Shown here: positions 61,718-64,000 of the stretch, one piece after another
Position numbering within the stretch: position 1 is the first letter of the stretch
How the letters are laid out: each line of letters opens with the position of its first letter
NCBI GenBank assembly: GCA_021297815.1
Contig: JAJTGK010000004.1
Coordinates: 542-64,541, forward strand
Source: Planctomycetaceae bacterium
GTDB lineage: Bacteria; Planctomycetota; Phycisphaerae; Phycisphaerales; SM1A02
DNA: 64,000 nt
Reading direction: 5' to 3'
The notes under the pieces: model-generated
What the model saw: only the letters and a program-made list of their open reading frames with translations
The model's database searches: none
Told to the model about the DNA's origin: nothing
Made by a program: the position numbers and the translations under genes

Positions 61718-63517
61718 ATGTCACGCATGAAGCACTCGACGACCATCCTCCTCGCCACCGCGCGCCGCGCCGCGCCGCTTGTCGCCGCCGTGCTTCTCGC
61801 GGGCCTGCCCGCGGGCTGCGGTGGAGGCGATTCCACGGGCGGCACACCCACGATCGCCGCGCGCGACACGCATGTCGTCGAGAAGTCGTCGTTCGACATG
61901 ATCCTGCCCGTGAGCGGCGAGCTGGCCGCGCGCAACCAGGTCGAGCTGCGCAACAAGCTCGAGACGCGCGCCGTGATCACCGAGATCGTGCCCGAGGGCA
62001 CGCGCGTCTCGAAGGGCGACATCCTCGTGCGCCTCGCGCAGGAGGAGATCCTCGACAAGACCAAGGACGCGAAGGACAAGGTCAACACCACGCAGAGCGC
62101 GGCCATTGCCGCGCAGCAGTCGTACTCGATCAAGCAGGGCGAGCGCCAGAGCGAGCTCGACAAGGCCGATGTCGCCGTGCGCATCGCCGAACTCGCGCTC
62201 GAGGGCTGGCAGCAGGGCGAGGTCGTGAACAAGCGCCAGGAGCTGCAGCTCGCGAAGGAGACCGCGGTCATCAACTACGACCGCCTGAAGGGTCGCTTCG
62301 AGGAGAGCGCGAAGCTCGTCGAGCAGCGCTACATCGCCAAGGACGAGTTCGAGAAGGACCGCATCGCGATGATCGAGGCCGAGGCGAAGGTGAAGCAGGC
62401 CGGGCTCAACCTCGAGGTGTACGAGAAGTACACCTACTTCCAGGACGAGGCGAAGAAGAAGTCCGACCTCGAGCAGGCGCGCGCCGAGCGCAGCCGCGTC
62501 GAGGAGAAGTTCAACGCCGAGCTCGTGAAGGCGCAGGCCGACCTCGAGAGCGCCAACTTCCAGCTGCAGAGCGCCAAGGAGCGCCTCGCCAACCTCGAGA
62601 CGCAGATCTCGTACACCACGCTGGCCGCGCCGATCGACGGGCTCGTCGTGTACGCGACCAGCATCGACAGCTCGAACGGTGGCCGTGGCGGCGGCGACGC
62701 GCAGCCGCCGCAGGTCGGCACCGAGCTTCGACCGAACGAGCTCGTGATCCTGCTGCCCGACACCTCGAACATGGTCGCGAACCTGAAGGTGAGCGAAGCG
62801 CTCTCGGGCCGCATCGCCGCGGGCCAGCGCGTGACCGTGTACAGCGACGCGCTGCCGAACCAGGCGGTGGGCGGCTCGGTGACGGGCGTGAGCGTGCTCG
62901 CCGCCAGCGGCGGCTGGCGCGATCCGAATCGCCGCGAGTACACCGTGAAGACCGCGCTCGAAGCCGATCCGTCGCTCGGGCTCAAGCCCGCGATGCGCTG
63001 CAAGGCCGAGATCCTGCTCGGCCGCGTCGACGATGCGCTGAACATCCCCGTGCAGGCCGTGTTCCGCCAGGGGCCCGTGACCTATGTCTATGTGAACGAC
63101 GGCGCGGGCTTCTCGCAGCGCCAGATCACGCTCGGCCGCGCCAGCGAACTGCAGGTCGAGGTGACCAAGGGCGTCGAGGCAGGCGAGAAGGTCCTGCTGC
63201 GCGAGCCGAAGGCCGCGGAGATCGTGAAGAAGCTCGACCCGAGCGTGTTCGAGCTCGCGAACGCCTCGATGCCGTCGTTCGGCGGTGCGGGTGGGCGAGG
63301 CGGCATGCCTGCGATGAACGCGACGCCCGACGCGGGTGGCGGTGCCGGTGGTCCTCCCGCAGGCGCGCGCGAAGGCCGCGGCAGCGGACGCGGTCGGCCC
63401 GATGGCGCGCCTCGCGGCGAGCGACCTGCAGGTGGACCGCCGCAGGGCGCGACCTCGACCGCAGCACCGAGCGGCGCCCCCGCGGGTGGTGCGGCGAGCT
63501 CGGCGCCAGCGCAGTGA
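61718..63517 (+). CDS. HlyD/MacA-type periplasmic adaptor (membrane fusion protein) with Gly/Pro/Arg-rich tail
   Basis: Lipobox ..LLAGLPAGC, a long coiled-coil hairpin, then ..TLAAPIDGLVV.., ..V.VKV.E.... and ..IPVQAVF.. MFP motifs. The last roughly 80 aa are low complexity. Confidence 0.85.
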   Translation: MSRMKHSTTILLATARRAAPLVAAVLLAGLPAGCGGGDSTGGTPTIAARDTHVVEKSSFDMILPVSGELAARNQVELRNKLETRAVITEIVPEGTRVSKGDILVRLAQEEILDKTKDAKDKVNTTQSAAIAAQQSYSIKQGERQSELDKADVAVRIAELALEGWQQGEVVNKRQELQLAKETAVINYDRLKGRFEESAKLVEQRYIAKDEFEKDRIAMIEAEAKVKQAGLNLEVYEKYTYFQDEAKKKSDLEQARAERSRVEEKFNAELVKAQADLESANFQLQSAKERLANLETQISYTTLAAPIDGLVVYATSIDSSNGGRGGGDAQPPQVGTELRPNELVILLPDTSNMVANLKVSEALSGRIAAGQRVTVYSDALPNQAVGGSVTGVSVLAASGGWRDPNRREYTVKTALEADPSLGLKPAMRCKAEILLGRVDDALNIPVQAVFRQGPVTYVYVNDGAGFSQRQITLGRASELQVEVTKGVEAGEKVLLREPKAAEIVKKLDPSVFELANASMPSFGGAGGRGGMPAMNATPDAGGGAGGPPAGAREGRGSGRGRPDGAPRGERPAGGPPQGATSTAAPSGAPAGGAASSAPAQ

Positions 63518-63542
63518 CACGGCATGACATCGACGGAAAAAC

Positions 63543-63570
63543 AAGCGCGGCCGCACATGCGGCCGCGCTT
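63543..63570. terminator. bidirectional intrinsic terminator
   Basis: AAGCGCGGCCGC ACAT GCGGCCGCGCTT (12-bp perfect stem), flanked by GGAAAAAC upstream and GCTTTC downstream, between convergent genes. Confidence 0.8.
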
Positions 63571-63610
63571 GCTTTCAGGGGTTCTCCGCGCACCCGCGGC
63601 GGCGCACCCG

Positions 63611-64000
63611 TCAGTAGAGGAGGATCATGTCGCGGTCGAGCTCGGAAGCGCCGCGGTAGATGCTCACCGATCCGCCATGGAAGGCCCAGGGGATGCTCGC
63701 GAAGGTGAACTCCGCGCGGAGGATCTCGACACGGCCCGCGAGCGACTTCCAGGCGACATCGGGCGACTGCCGGTCCGACGAGTCGACGGATTCAGAGCCG
63801 GCCGACGCCTCCTTGGAGTCGAGCTTCGGCTCCTCAGGCAGCTTGTGGTCGCCCGTGATGCCCTTGAGCAGCTGCTCGATGGTCGCGGTCGCGAAGACCG
63901 TGCCGTCGGCGAGGCGGATCACGACGAGGTCCGTCGCGGCGCCCGCGGCCTGGAACGAGAGCTTGCCGTTCGCAGGCGCCATCAGGAAGTAGGCCTGCGA
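63611..64000 (-). CDS. hypothetical protein, C-terminal part (5' end outside window)
   Basis: The frame stays open to the window edge upstream of the first Met (63982). Coding-like composition. No family recognised. Confidence 0.5.
   Translation of the reverse strand, partial: SQAYFLMAPANGKLSFQAAGAATDLVVIRLADGTVFATATIEQLLKGITGDHKLPEEPKLDSKEASAGSESVDSSDRQSPDVAWKSLAGRVEILRAEFTFASIPWAFHGGSVSIYRGASELDRDMILLY

Overview
High-GC (about 70% by eye, not computed) bacterial chromosomal segment. The gene content suggests Planctomycetota, possibly a Phycisphaerae-like lineage (inference only): DUF1080 and GH95 proteins, planctomycete-type ECF-like sigma factors, HAF repeats, and many secreted proteins ending in dockerin-like D-x-D-G-D-G..D-L..L-L..W-G modules. 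I can support about 60 protein-coding genes, nine hairpin terminators or terminator-like hairpins, one 56-bp tandem repeat, one REP-like hairpin cluster and one 784-bp structured non-coding stretch. I saw no rRNA, tRNA, CRISPR array, transposase, integrase or phage genes. The backbone is housekeeping plus branched-chain amino-acid and fatty-acid catabolism scattered over about 40 kb: three crotonases, a VLCAD-like acyl-CoA dehydrogenase, leucine dehydrogenase, 2-oxoacid dehydrogenase E1 alpha and E1 beta with a displaced E2, and two ALDH genes. It also holds dapB, a 7Fe ferredoxin, tag, metC, ggt, deoC and a DEAD-box helicase. Accessory-looking modules are interleaved. Best candidates for something new: (1) 23.7-32.6 kb, a divergent regulatory and proteolytic island with ECF sigma, an anti-sigma-like protein, TPR-CHAT and an S8 subtilase, facing two paralogous HTH plus helical-repeat proteins and a translationally coupled small secreted protein. 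(2) 11.6-12.4 kb, a 784-bp ORF-free, helix-dense stretch. (3) A 207-aa stand-alone CHAT-like protein at 9.3-9.9 kb. (4) An autonomous cohesin-like/HYR/dockerin gene splitting the E1 alpha/E1 beta operon, together with five dockerin-tailed secreted proteins in the window. Many very long ORFs in the supplied track (e.g. minus-strand 25291..30861, 18832..22845, 57113..61717) are stop-free antisense shadows typical of high-GC DNA, and only their 3' parts are real genes. Start codons are best guesses, since the track allows ATG, GTG and TTG. All family calls rest on motifs read by eye, with no database search.
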